Origin: Diploschistes diacapsis
Lineage: Eukaryota
Assembly (NCBI GenBank): GCA_023645945.1
Contig: JALAIB010000085.1
Span: 1-34,381 of the forward strand
Reading direction: 5' to 3'
DNA: 34,381 nucleotides
The position numbers were made by a program, and so were the translations under genes. Below the pieces are notes generated by a model. That model saw only the letters and a program-made list of their open reading frames with translations, was not told the origin of the DNA and did not search any database. Below are positions 33,831 through 34,381 of this stretch, piece after piece; the first letter of the stretch is position 1; every line of letters starts with the position of its first letter.

Positions 33831-34381
33831 TGCTCGAGGCGTGATTGTGATTGGTTCGCTAAGGGCTGTCTGTCCATCACCGCACTGTATCACATACCAC
33901 GGATCACGGATCAAGTATCACGGATCACGGGCCCGAAGGCACACAACAACCTCAATAAATACTGTACCTATGATTCATGATTCGATAATGGTTGTGAGAA
34001 ATGAATGGCTGACTGACTGACTGGCTGACTGACTGGCTGGAGTTATTCTTATATAGTCTTTAAAGCGCGTACTGTGCAATATACAGAGCTATATGCATGA
34101 CATTTGTTGTGTGTGTGTGTGTATGAGGTATGAGGGGGTTGGTTTCTCGGGTAAACTATATTCCGCCACATAGAACAGGGCAAGCTTATCCGCGCTCGGC
34201 CCTACTAACATCCGCTGCTCTATTCTCTAACAGAACCCCGTATAGTATAATATAATATTATAATATAGTACAGTACATCTTCATGTCCCGTTGTTCCACC
34301 AACACCGCCACGCCCGCTACGCCAGTGCCCTTATGCCTTGAGATATTGCTTACTCTTGCACAACCTACTTCATGGATAATC

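Noticed and set aside
1..34381. Prokaryotic-type systems (CRISPR, operons, defence islands), rRNA/tRNA genes, or a full biosynthetic cluster
   Set aside because: The sequence is intron-containing fungal DNA. No repeat-spacer array, structural RNA or PKS/NRPS backbone gene is visible.

Overview
Gene-dense segment of a filamentous ascomycete (Pezizomycotina) nuclear genome, with short GT-AG introns and CTRAC branch points. Eleven protein-coding genes were reconstructed by hand, each with frame-consistent splicing. In order: AusD/Trt5-like SAM methyltransferase (-), DUF6604 protein (+), HIRAN-SNF2-RING Rad5/HLTF-like helicase (-), glucokinase (+), MICOS Mic19/DUF1690 (-), classical SDR (-), intradiol (hydroxyquinol-type) dioxygenase (+), DUF4045/gelsolin-repeat actin regulator (-), ARL2 GTPase (-), a ~1583-aa disordered protein with a C-terminal GNAT domain (+), and LAMMER kinase (-). 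The left edge is AT/TpA-rich and RIP-like. No rRNA, tRNA or CRISPR array was seen. Best hidden signals: (1) a 99-codon AUG-free in-frame extension upstream of glucokinase, starting at near-cognate ACG/CUG codons and encoding a basic presequence plus a transmembrane helix; (2) repeated Ded1/DDX3-type (Y)xPPHLR motifs in the GNAT protein; (3) CPI and WH2-like motifs in the gelsolin protein; (4) a 5' leader intron of the LAMMER kinase whose acceptor choice changes the fate of an upstream AUG; (5) a YxxxR catalytic motif in the SDR. Family assignments come from recalled motifs, not database searches.
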